From positions 2,062,550 to 2,126,549 of the forward strand of contig NMRA01000012.1 in the NCBI GenBank assembly GCA_002633005.1: a stretch of DNA of 64,000 nucleotides. Reading direction: 5' to 3'. This DNA comes from Phoronis australis (Eukaryota > Animalia > Phoronida). The notes beneath the pieces are model-generated. The model worked only from the letters and a program-made list of their open reading frames with translations, did not search any database and had not been told where the DNA came from. Position 1 is the first letter of the stretch, and each line of letters opens with the position of its first letter. A program made the translations under genes and the position numbers. This document shows positions 1-12,268 of the stretch, piece by piece.

Positions 1-2216
1 TAAGTTGAGTTAGTGTCACAGACGTACGTGATGGTCGTACTCGATGAATTTCTAGTATTAAATTGTTTGTTGTGACTAAGATATGAATTCAAAATGATTC
101 AAGTTTTTGCAGTATTTAAGATATATTGGTCTTTTGCTACAAATTCAATGTTTTTTTAGTTAAAATGTACCGATTGGCCTTTCGCACAAAATCATCACAG
201 GTAGGCCTATGCTAGGAATATACTCTAGGATTTTAACTTTTCATTACATTTGATTAAAGATATAAATCAACCACCTAAAATCTTCACCCTCTTCACTTCC
301 CTTTGAAGAGGGTAAACATAAATGGGAATGAGAGTGATAATCATTTTGAATTTGACAGCTAATTAGCTGTTAGTTATCAGTTTTTAAGCGTTAAATAGAA
401 CACTAATTCATAACTTTAAAGTAAATATGACAGTCAAAATATAAAATGTGAAATAATGTTTAAAGCATTACTAATCACTGTCATAAAAATGCACTTTAAT
501 TAATTGTTTTTTAAAGTAGAACTCGCCCTTAGAGCTTGTACAAAATTATTCTCTGTCGATGGTTCTGATGCATGCCCATGTAAGTGATAACTGTGATGTT
601 TTTAAAGTATTAATAACAGGACTTCAGTATCTTCTTAAAACCAAGTGCGAGGCACATGGTTTAGTTGACATCATCGACTTTTGGCATTCATATTTTGATT
701 CAAATCACCCGTGCTGTCTTCTAGTGTGAAAACAAGACATTTTAAATTAATTGCCTTTAGAATTATGATTTAGGAATATGTAGAGCTAACTTGTCAGATG
801 CTGGTTTCTATTTAGTGATTAAAATGATTTGGTTTTCATCCAGCTCCTTAACTCATGCTTACTTTTCAAATTTAAAGAGAGGCTTTAAATCGGGGCTTGG
901 AATTTTCCGCGGAAACGCGGATTTCCGCTTTTTTCAAATGTTGTGTCCGCGCATTTTATTACATTTCCGCGTAAAAAAATCAGATTTGATATAAAATTTC
1001 CTTGTTGAGCATCTATGGGTCTGCCCCGAGTGTGACGATGCTGGCTCTGCACCCAAGTAATACCCAAGTAATGATCCACGTTGTACTTTTTTTCGAGTTT
1101 CAGAGAATATTCCAGCATATATTTATTCTTCTCCTGGTTGCGTCTATTCTTGCTGTGGTCTCCAACAATTTCCTCTATCCTTTCTAAATGCAGGTTTAAT
1201 CTCCTCGAAGCTCAACAGGAAAAGAATTAATCTAATTCTTAAAAAAATTGAAGGATCTAAATTATGTAAGATGAGACAATGTAATCATTTGCTATGAAAT
1301 AACTTCATACAAGCCACCCAATGACCAAATACACTAAAAAACACAAAAAGAGTGCCTACAGTCCGTGAGGGTGTGACAAAAATGCTCAATAAAGTAGGTG
1401 ACAGATTCCTACCGCTTGAAAATTCCTGGTATCGGCTTTTTCAACACCCAACTCAGCATAGCAGATCAGAGCAGAAATAACATGTTGGTTCAAGCACAAT
1501 AGCAACTTGACATGTATTCCTTTAGGTCACTTGTTATTTATAATACTGTAGAACACCTCAGGAATTCTTTCGTATGAATATTTTTGCATTTTGAATTTCT
1601 CAAAAGCTAAGCATTTCTTTACAAATACGGGGTACCAACAAATAAACAATAGGTTCATTAAATTAGCATTTTGTTTTATTTACATTTTATAATGTGGGCC
1701 AACTGTCTGATTTTAATAAGTTCTTCACATAGTTTTAAAGCTGCCTTTGTAATATTTTATCATTTTAAAGTTCTTAGGTGTGAGAAACATTTTATGTTCT
1801 GTATGCTTAGAAAGTAAAAAAATGACCTAAGATTACTTTTATTTGCTGAAAAATTGTAATTTCATGGGTGTGACAGTCATACAAATTTGCTGTATGTCTG
1901 TCACGCAATTTCTGACTTAACAAATAATCCCTGGGATCTAAAATTTTGGTCGATAGTATTGAGTAACAGTCTGAAATTATTTTAATTTTTATTGAAAACT
2001 TTTAACGTAACTAAACTTTTTAACATTTTTGTGACGGACGTACGACACCACGATATCCAGGAGTTGACCTTTGACCCTGAGAGGTTGATGATGTGCCAAA
2101 GTTGAAATATTATTTTTTATAAAGTTTGTGATTGCACAAATTTGATAGTATAGTGAAATACCCATAAATTTTTATAATCCCCGATCTTTTTTCTTTCAGA
2201 AAATATACAGTTATTA

Positions 2217-2381
2217 CCGTACTCGTCCGCGTTACCACCCAGGGCGCTTAAATTGGGAATCTTAAAAAACGGGGTGGGCGGTAAGCCGAGCATGGGTGCT
2301 TAAAAATTTAAAAATGAAAAATTGAAATGGGGGGGGGGTGGGCAGTAAGCTGAGAATGGGCCGTAACCCGGACTAGTACGG
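2217..2381. mobile_element. Tc1/mariner-type MITE
   Basis: TA|CCGTACTCGTCCGCGTTAC ... GTAACCCGGACTAGTACGG|TA: TIRs with TA flanks. Confidence 0.8.
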
Positions 2382-2466
2382 TAGTTGACAAAGCCTGGAT
2401 TTTTTGATACATGAGTTAGAATGGAGGCCACTAAATCAGGTTTGAGATAATCTTAAAAGAATGTAA

Positions 2467-2736
2467 CAGTGTTCTCCACAACCTGTTTTGACTCGTCACT
2501 GCGTCAAGTTTGAATTTTGTTGTGACGAGTTTGGCTCACTTGTGTCGAGTTTACAAACCTGTGCAACGAGTTTAAATTATTGGTAGATAAGTCATTTCTT
2601 AAGCAAATTATGGCTTTTACCAGTTCAGTACATTTATTTATTTCAAGACTTAACATACAAACGCTACCCACAGTACAGACTTTGACTTCTGAACACATGT
2701 ACACGGAGTTTTAATTTCCTGTTGTGGAGAACACTG
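2467..2736. mobile_element. MITE with 16-bp TIRs
   Basis: CAGTGTTCTCCACAAC ... GTTGTGGAGAACACTG, flanked by ATGTAA / ATGTAT (imperfect 6-bp duplication). Confidence 0.75.
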
Positions 2737-3102
2737 ATGTATGTCTCAAAAAAGGTCTTGGGGAACATTGAACACAATAGCTGAGTGTACAGCCTAAAAT
2801 GCAGGAAGCATTAGGGACAGGTAATCTTGGTTCAGGTCCTTGAAATTCAAGTTCTGAACCAGTTAGACAGCGCTGCACATAAGCGAGTTAATGCTAGAAA
2901 ATAAGAGTGGAAAAAGTAAAATACAAGTAAAAAATTGACGTAACTGATACAATCAACAAACACACATTTGGGGTTTTTTGGTTGCCACTTTTTGCAAACC
3001 CAAATCCGGGAATACGAGTGGCAAATTTGTCATCACTCGTATTTTCGAGCAGACATTTTTGCCTGTGTAAAATGCAGCTTTACTATATATTTTTTCATTC
3101 AG

Positions 3103-6100
3103 GTTTGGTGAAGATTGCCGAGAGTCTAGGTCTGACATTGCTGGCCCCTCGCAAAAAGATCACTGTGTTAATGATAGGTAATCACTCAGCTGGGAAGAGC
3201 TCATTCATTAACTGGTAAGCACAATGTGTCACTTGTACTGTTTGATTAGTCACCTTCACATGCAGATTAGTGATGTCTATCTTGGTGAGCATTCTTGGTA
3301 TAGTTATCCAATCTAACCTAGCAACCTGGAATTGCTGCGAATCTTGGGGTTGTGAGACGTGCAGGTGTGTACTTGTCTGGGTAATTAGACTGTTGAAGAG
3401 CTAAAAATTGGGTGGATTGGGCGTTAAGCTGAGTATAAATGTTAAAAACAGATTTTTTGAAGGGATGGACTTAGGCCTTTATCCAACTAGCGACTTTGGT
3501 TAATGTCTTGGGAGTTGCATTCATGTTATTTCACTTGGCATGCATCTAATCAAATGAACATTACTCTGAATGTTATACCCAATGAGCTGTTTGTTAGTCT
3601 TTGGTAAGCGATCTGGATGCAAAAATTCTGTATAGTGGCCTTCACATACCTGTGTGCTTTTGAGTAACCTCAAGTCTTAATGGCATGCATTGATGTGACT
3701 GTATAACCAAGCCCTGCGCCATTTTTGAAAACCCTTGTTTTAATCATGTTTTTGGTTGGAACCTATTATTGTTTTGTACGGCAGGTCATTGCACGGAGGG
3801 ATTTCACTGATTGGTTCAGCAGGAAGATCCACCGTTACAAAATTGATTTAAATTCTAGTTTGAAGTTTGCAACTTTGGCTTGACCTACAGTGCAAGCCAA
3901 AAGTATTCAAACAAAATGACCCAAAATTCCCCCTTTATGGCAGCTGGACGGAAGTCAAATTCATCGTAAGAGTGGTCGTCCCATATGACAGAGAATGGAG
4001 GGAAATTAACAGGAAAGTTGTAAAGGTGGTCGAGTCATTCCGTGAATTTTGCCATTGTTACAGTTATTATCAGTCAATTTTGTTGTTAACTTTATTAGCA
4101 GCTGTGATGAAGAAAACGGTATTTTGTCTTATACTTTTTTCTTGTACTGTAATTAGCGCTGCATGGAACATAAAAAAGTGTGATAAACTGAGCATGTGGG
4201 TCAACCGGGATAATTATGACACTTTTCTCCCAACAAACTGTCATCAACTTGTCATGTTACTCCAAGGTATGTCGAAGAGCATGTACAAAGGACTGGTGTT
4301 GCAATTGAGACGCAGGGGTTTACCTTCGTCACCAGTGGGCGCAAACGGGAATCTCTCACGGTAAGTTATTAGTTTGCTAATATGTAGACCTTGTGGTTTT
4401 GTACGACATGGATCTGAAAATGGTACATTTTACCTAATTGACCAAGTTACTTGTCATTGAATAAAATATTATGTGATCTAAGATACAACTTTATTCTCCT
4501 GTATGAAATTATATTAAAAATGAAACACCAGTTTTTGAGCATGTACAACATCGGTCAGATGAGTATGGAGACTGGAAATTACACTCGTGGTTTCATTGTC
4601 TCTATACTCACCTGACAAGGAACAGTGCATTTTATGTCATATCTTATTTTGATGTTGCTCGTGAAAGAATTTTACATGAATGTGATGAAATTGCGTGATT
4701 TTAAACTAATTTTGGCAATATTTCAGGGCAATGCAACGCTGCATTTGTATCCTCATTTTGAACCTCTTCGTAGCATCGCAGGTAAGAGTGCTTGAATGTC
4801 TAGGTGCACAGTCTTACCGAGGTTATGTATTACCCAAAAATGTCCTCAGAAATGGCTGATCAGAATCAAATGAAACTTTCAGATACTTAGTTCACTGTTC
4901 TGCAAAACGAAGATGGGAATTGCCTTTAGAGTAAGCCACTTATCCAAGGTGCAGGATATGTGATTTTTATTAAAATATCAAAAGTTGCATTAAACTAAAC
5001 TGAAATGATAATTTATTACAGTGTTGCAACATTTTTGAGATTTTGTGTTGGGCATTTATGATAAAAATTTGTTTGTGTAATTGATGTTACTGTTTTGCCA
5101 TGAATGTACCTTTCATTTTTTTTTAATTACTACTTCGAAAGCATGGTCACATGACCCAATCAATGGCACACTAGTACAAAATCAAATTCGACAGGCTTTC
5201 TAGTTTCGGAAATTATATACTTTTACCAAGATAAATTCTACAGTTTAGAAGATATTTGGCAGAATGCACTGTCAATAAGGTCCTACGTAACCTTTAACAA
5301 ATATCCTTTACATTTTGATAGTAAGTATTTTGGTCTTCCTGCTAATCTTGGCCATTTTCTAGCTCTTCACTTGAAAGCAATGGTGTTTAATAATATTTAA
5401 AGTCGGTCTAATTAGTTCAGCTGTTTGTATTGGAGCCTTTGTTATTAGGTTGTCTGGTTGTTTGGAATGTAGTTGTGGACTGATGTTGCTGTTATCCAAT
5501 GATAGTCTTCAGGGTTTTGTTTGAAGACTGCTGTTTACACCGTTTACATGTTGATGCCGCTGTGATGTTATGTTGGGTCTGTTGATGTTGTTTCTAAGAA
5601 GGTCTAATTTAAGCTATATTTAGCATTTCTTAAGTGTTTGTTTTCACATAAAAGCTTTGCTTTGTTATGCCGAAGTTGTACTTTATTCAGGTTTTCCCTA
5701 GGAAGCAATTGTGATATTATACTAAAGTGTGTTTGGTACAGCCTTTCACAGGGAAGTCTTTGTGGTTTCATGTTGAGGTCACGTGTTCTTGCTGGGATGC
5801 CTGTGTTGATGGTTTGAGGAATTGGTGTTACAGGTTTTCATAGGGAATCATTTGTGATGAGAAGTCATGTTGGTGTGGTTCAGGTTTTCACAGGGAAGCC
5901 TTTTGATGTTACGACAAGTTAATGATGTTTTTGCTGTATAAAAGTTAGTAGTACACGGCTTTTCACGAGGAAGCTTTTGTTTCGATGTATTGAAGCTGCC
6001 TGGTGAAGAGCTGTCTAGTGCTAATACTACAGTCTGGTGTCAGTTGTGTAGTTTCGTACCATAGTATTTCCAGTTTGATCTAACTTTGTCCATCCACGCA

Positions 6101-9100
6101 TGTTTTGTTTCACTTATGAATGACTTGCTGCATCTTCTTTCCCATTTCCTTGTGGTAGACTGATGTGATGGTCTTCTCTGGCCTTTCTCGTGGACGCTAT
6201 CCCAGAATACAACAGGGAGCTGCCAAGTGAAGGGCTGACGTAGACTAGTTGTTCATCGGGTCCAGACTAGGTGAATTATTTCAAGAGCTATGGGAAAGCT
6301 AATGTATTTGTGGTTAAGGTGTCGATTTGTCAAATTTGTGTCCCTTTTCCTTTGTGTAGTGTTGAAATATCTCTGTATTTCAGTAGGTGTACACCAGCGA
6401 TTGTTAAATTTGGTTTTATCACCTTGTAGGCCATGAATTACATGGCCTTAATTAAATCTTACGCATCACTAATTAGGTCAAGGCAAAGTTGTGAATCTTG
6501 GAAGGCAAATAAATACAGTTAATGTTGGTGATTCTATCCGTTGAAGCAATCATTGAAGTCCATTCGTTCCACTGTGTAATCAAGAGTCATTACTCATAAG
6601 TTTGTGTAGGATGTTATTGACAAGTCTGCATAAGTAGCCAAGTATCTTCAAAACTATAGATTTTTACTCAGTAAAATAAAAATGTATGTTTTCTGAAGGT
6701 AGAAAGACAGTAGAATTAGACTTTTGACTTTTTACTAATCTGCCATTAATTGAGTCACGTGACCGTGTCTTTTTAGGAAGATTTAGCGAAAAGGAAAGGT
6801 ACATTGATAAAAACTAGGTGTCAATAACATGATCAAATTTTGTTAAATATAAATATTCAAGATAAAATCTCAGAAACACTGTCACCGTTTTCTAAATTCT
6901 AATTTTTTGCAACTCTTGTGTTTTTCATGAAAATTATACAAGTCTTGTGTTTTTTAGTCCTCATGCAAAAGTGGAATGTTTTAAAAACAATTCTTAATAG
7001 CGTTTTCGATAACAGCATACGAAACATAGTATCTGAAAAGTTTCAGATGGATACAAGCAAACCTTTCTGAGATGTGATATTTCGAAGTTGACCAAATTTG
7101 GAAATTTTTCTATGGTCAAAGGTAATCTTATAGAACCAGGAAAAAAGGTTCCATCCCATAACATGAACCAAACGGATGGTTTTCAGAAGTGGCGGTCCAT
7201 CTAGCTTTAAGTTTTCTTTATCTCTGAAATACCTTGTTCTATCCTGGATGAGGCTTTGTGTTAGCTTTTATTGCTGTGGTGAACTAGTTAGTAGCCACTG
7301 AGCTGATATCACTCCACACAGTAAACATATTTATCTTACTATACTGATCATTCAGACTGGTATGTGTACTGAGTGACTCGGTCATGGTCATGATCTCACT
7401 GTTTACATGTCTGATCCAGCTGATGGTAGTCCTGCTATCTAGTATGTCATGTTTTCTGTACATGATGAGGGCGTGAGATCTGGATCAAAGTTTACCCCAT
7501 CCGCAGCGACATCTATAGGTAGAAGTGGTATCACATGATGGTGATAGGCTTCCTTTACTTACCTGAAATATGTATCAGCGTTACTTTTTTCACTTGTTAT
7601 ACCGTGTTACTGTGATGTCATCCCTTCAGAGATCTGTGTCTTCTTTCAGTCGAGACTATCTTGCTTATTTGTATTGCTTAGACTTTATTAAGTCGGGGTT
7701 GTTGTTTTTTCATTCGCTACCTCTACTAAATGCTTAGGCCAGGTATCCGGTATTCCAGATTAGGAAGTTCCCCTGTGATCGCCTTGTTTGCGAAGTTTCA
7801 ATTATTAGTCATTATACTGTTTTGGCCAAAAACAGATGTGATCATTAATTTTTGTCAATAAGCACAGTTATTTAAAGTTGCTGAAAGTTCCATTTTCGCC
7901 CACCAACTTTCTTGCAGTAAGGTTGTCCCTGTTTTCTTCCTTTCCATGATTAATATTACCATACGTTGTTTTTCTTGTGCATTTAATAGACTACTGAGAG
8001 TCCTAAATCAAATAAATCCTCCCAGAATGTGCAGAGGTATATGTGTAGTGGAGCCCATAGCAGAAACTGCATAATCACTATAGATGAATGTAAACATAAT
8101 CTATTCACTCTGTAGGTGTTACCGATTACCTGACCACAGAAATCTCCACTTCAAAGCAGAAGAAGTTCAGCTTGGTCACATTTGTTGACACACCAGGCTT
8201 GGTGGATGGGGACATGAGCTATCCATTTGATGTCAACGAGGCCATCTGTTGGCTGGGTATTGCATTACATTCTTAACTTGTTAACCTGTTAAACTATGAC
8301 ATTCTACTGTTTCTTTTCTTTCAATGTATGGTGATAGTTTTTGTACTTCTAGAATTCTCACAAAGTAAACATGGTATTGTAGCTGCTTCAAAAAAGTTTT
8401 TGGGTCAAACACAGTTATTTTTCTTGTGATTACTGGTTTTATTTATTTTGTCTACACCGAATAGGTTCTTCAAAAGTATAAAGCATGAATTATGTACTTG
8501 GACAGGTGACTTGGCAGATTTGATCTTTGTCTTCTTCGATCCCATTGGTCAAGCATTGTGTAAGCGCACTTTGAACCTAGTGGAGAAGCTGAATGAGAAA
8601 CATGCTGATCGCATCAAGTTTTACTTGAGCAAAGCAGATGAGGCGGGGCATGAAAGTGATCGACAGGTAAGTTGCTGGTAATCAGCCAAGTGGGATCTAT
8701 TGGCTCTACTGCTCATGAAGTGATTGAGTGGGTAAAGGCGGGACATGGACATGATTGACGGATAGATGTTCATCAGCCAGTAGGGGACGGCTTGGGCTGA
8801 GAAGAGCTTGTGAGCATTCGGTGTAGAACACCAAAATTTGGTGTGGTTCTTAAAGGGTTATGGTTATGCAGGACCTTGTCGACCAGTCTTTACATTTAGC
8901 CAAATACCTACATAACTAAAGAATTTAAGTCAGCTAAAGTATATATATTTTCTGAAGGTACAAAATCTGTAGAATTTGTTTTTTTTACTTTATATCAATA
9001 TGCCTCTAATTAGGTCTTGTGACCTTGCCTTTTAAGAAAAAAATATCAAAAAAGTACATTCATAGCAAAACATCAGGATCAATAAAATGACCCAATTTTT

Positions 9101-12100
9101 TTTGATATTTTCAAGATAAAAATCTCAAAAAGCTGACAGTTAAGTTTTCTTAATTATCATTTAGTGTTCGTTTTATGCAACTTACAAACTTTAAAAAAAA
9201 TTCATAAAAATCGTGTAAGTCCTATGTTTTGATAGCCCCTCATACAAACGTGGAACATTTTAAAAATTCCAAACAGTGTTTCGGAGAAAAGTGTATAAAG
9301 CGTTGTTTGTGAATATTTCAAGTGAATTCAATCAGCCATTTTTCAAAAAATGATGTATCAAAGTTGACCACAATTGGACATTTTTCTATGGTCCTACATA
9401 ACCTTAGTGGAAAGGGACTGAATGTGTGAAGCTAGGCGTTGTGGCATCGTCGGATTAAAAGAGTCTTGTAACCTGGCACTGTTTCTCAACTGAATGTACA
9501 AAGGTGTAGCCATTGTTATGCAAATGTTACATTTTCCACACAATCCACATGTTTGGGTTAAAAGTTTAAGCCACATTGTTAAGATATTTTTGATTCTTCG
9601 CTAATATGGTGCCATGTGTTCAGTAGCTGTATAAGGGAGACTTTTGATACTCTACGAGTCCTCATTCACATGTTTCAGAGAGTCATGATGCAGATTGTTC
9701 AGGAACTGTGCAAGCGACCTGGCCTGAACCGCACTGGCTTCGACATGCCCACAATTTACATCCCCAACCCCTCTGGCAAGGTGGGTCGAGTCAACTTTAT
9801 TTAGCCTAGTGCAGAAGGCTTGGTCAGTTTGTAGAGTGCGTTTGACACAAGGTTGTCTGCAGACTGCTGTAACAGTCTTCAGGTGGCGTTTGCGTAATGG
9901 ACGCTCGGAGATGTCCTTGAAATGACCTTGACTTAGATAACGGAAAATAGTGAGAACCACGTTTTAGGTTTTATGGTAAATTTAATTGTTAAAAACTGGA
10001 TCAAAGCGAATGTAAGGTTTTGTAGGCGTGTTTAATAACGTGTTTTGATTAATTGCCAGTTTCTGTCATCATGAGTAATAGGGTCTATTTCTAGCCAAGC
10101 CGATGTGCCAATCAGATAGAGGACGTGTGTAAGGACATTGAGAAGACTATCAACCAAACTATTCAGAACACACTGAATACTCTGGAGAAGGATTGCGAGA
10201 AGATCGCCGAGTGCGTCGACGTCAAGTTGGCCAAGGACAGGTACGTGATCACTGAACTAGACGCAACTTATCACCAGTTGTATGCAGAAATACGCATCGC
10301 ATAATCTGAATGTGTAAAGCTGCTCTCTTTCTCTTTCTCTTTGTGATGAAACCAAAAAATGTGTGGATTAAAGATTAAATTGTGGTGTGTTCTGTATTGT
10401 TTGGGAATGTACCCCAGTACAATAGTGTACAATAGTGATCAGTGAACTAAGTAATCATTGACTAATCTCACGCAAGACCATGCTAAATCGCGTGAATGAA
10501 AAGCTAGTATTTTACTTCTAATCTCAGTGAGGAATGCAGTTTTCAGGAATTGATTCCTGGTATTGTCCCTAGATGTAGTGGATGTTTTCTAGATCACCTA
10601 GAAGCATCTTGTCATGGTTTGTTCGTGTTACAGTGCTGATGTTGCGCACAACTTTTCGGCCAGGACCAAAGGTGTGATGTTTGGTTGCATGGGGATCCTC
10701 TTACCTGCACTACTAGCTCTCAACTTCCTGGCTAGTAGTGTGTCCAAGGAGATCCTTTCTTCCACTCTTGGCCGAGACATGACAAGCAGTCTACTGCTCT
10801 ACCTGGTGTGTATTGCTCTGTTCACATGATCTACTTCCCCTGTTTGCATAACCCTGTACACTGAAAGGTATCAAGATTAACGCTTGAGAAGCATTTGCTT
10901 GTAACAGGAAACAGTAATAGTAATTCTAGCACTAAAAGTCAACTCTCTTGTTGAAATCAAAGAAGCTGGTTTTCTAAGCAAACTCGTTAGTGGTTTTCGC
11001 TGTTCAGATCCCAATGGTTGTGAATTATTCAGTCTATTGTATTGAGAAAAGGATTGTAGCATGAAATGCGCGCTAATGGTTCAGGGATGAAGAAATTTAA
11101 ATGATGATTTGTTCATGTTAAATTAGAAATTGTGAACTGGCTGAGAAAATTAAGTTCAAAACAGTGGATTAATTGTTGGAATAAAATTGGTTGAAAATGG
11201 GAATCGTGTTAGCGAATGTGTTCCAGTGTTGATCGACATTTATTGAAATTGCTTTGCATTACATCTCTTGAGCTAATTTTCCTTGATCTTCGTTTGCAGT
11301 CGGACGTCTTCTACAGTTGGATTCAAACTATAAATTAGGAAAATGTGAACTATTCACTCGACTGGTAATGCTGTTATTAATAACCATGTATTATATAATG
11401 ATTAATTTATGAATGTGTTGTCGCTGTTTGGCAGGGTCCTGTACGCGAGTTCTGGCGTAGTGTTCCAGTGGACTACCATCTACATGCTCTAGGAGCCTGC
11501 GTTGTACTGTCTGTGCTTCTTCTCCTTGTCGCCAAGTACAAGTCGAGGTCAGTGAAGACACTGTCACGCAAGCAAAAACGCATCTTGACAGAAGAACGGG
11601 AATACGTGCAAAATGTGGTCAAAGCTAAAAAGGTACTTTGATTTTGTATTAGATTTCTTCTTTGCATTTTTAAGTGAAAATGTGTAGAATTAATTGACAT
11701 TTTAAAAATTGAATGTCAAGTTAATGCATGCTGCAATGCTTGACAAAGATGACTTTTACGTTTAAGTTTGTGGGAAAATAAAATTTGAAAATGAAAATCT
11801 TATTCCAGAAAGTTCCTAGATTACCCATGGATGTGACACATCTGTGTGAAAACCGTGTTCTCGTCACGTTTCTGATTATCACTATTCTGTCAAATGTCAA
11901 CGTCAGTGCTTGGATGCAGTAATGTCAAAATCAATGTTACTTTGGTCAAGTAGAAAGTGGTGGTATTGTGTGTGGTTTACACCAGCCTTGTGTGCTGGAC
12001 ACTACTTACGTGAAGATAGTTGTAGAATGTGAAGTTGAAAGTTGCATTTCGATCATCAACTCAGTAAATACTCTAACTTAAAGATTTGCATTTCTTGGTT

Positions 12101-12268
12101 TTGTTTCTAACAGTTCTCCATATATATTGAATACTCCGGTACCTGTGTACAGCCATGGCTGTTCGTCTTGTCTTTTCATGATTTTAGTGATGTTCGTATG
12201 CTCGTCTGTTGCAGCAAACCTTGTATGCGGATTACCTGAAACAAAGTGTTGCAGAGCACGACCTGTGA
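3103..12268 (+). CDS. Uncharacterised dynamin/EHD-like P-loop GTPase with two C-terminal transmembrane segments (5' exon(s) not located)
   Basis: Phase-consistent AG/GT exons: 3103-3214, 4267-4360, 4727-4781, 8116-8256, 8506-8666, 9679-9780, 10095-10240, 10634-10805, 11435-11632, 12215-12268 (TGA). About 410 aa visible. Motifs: G1 GNHSAGKS, G2-like AIET, G3 DTPG, G4-like SKAD. Then a helical region and hydrophobic stretches GVMFGCMGILLPALLALNFL and ALGACVVLSVLLLLVA; ends QTLYADYLKQSVAEHDL*. Confidence 0.88.
4820..5293 (-). mobile_element. Non-autonomous ~0.5-kb TIR element (Kolobok-like MITE family), copy 1
   Basis: Ends GGTCCTACGTAACCT followed by TTAA; left end AGGTTATGTATTACC; homologous in reverse orientation to copies at 6.6, 8.9 and 18.1 kb. 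Confidence 0.7.
5500..5980. repeat. Degenerate ~55-65-bp tandem repeat
   Basis: Recurring CAGGTTTTCACAGGGAAGC-like units. Confidence 0.55.
6601..7130 (+). mobile_element. Kolobok-like MITE family, copy 2
   Basis: Colinear with 8862-9404 (e.g. TTTTCTGAAGGTA, TCAAGATAAAATCTCA, AAGTTGACCA..TTTTTCTATGGTC). Confidence 0.7.
8862..9404 (+). mobile_element. Kolobok-like MITE family, copy 3
   Basis: TIRs GGTTATGCAGGACC / GGTCCTACATAACC; internal homology to the other copies. Confidence 0.75.

Noticed and set aside
885-1200. Minus-strand coding-like stretch next to a CCGCGG-rich TE end
   Set aside because: Interrupted by an 11-bp duplication, with no recognisable motif; probably a TE relic, not assignable.
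1-3102. First coding exon of the GTPase gene
   Set aside because: No convincing ATG exon with a phase-1 donor was found; the region is mostly repeats and the exon probably lies upstream of the window.
3867-4364. 165-aa ORF on +
   Set aside because: The real exon (4267-4360) is in another frame; the ORF is intronic chance.
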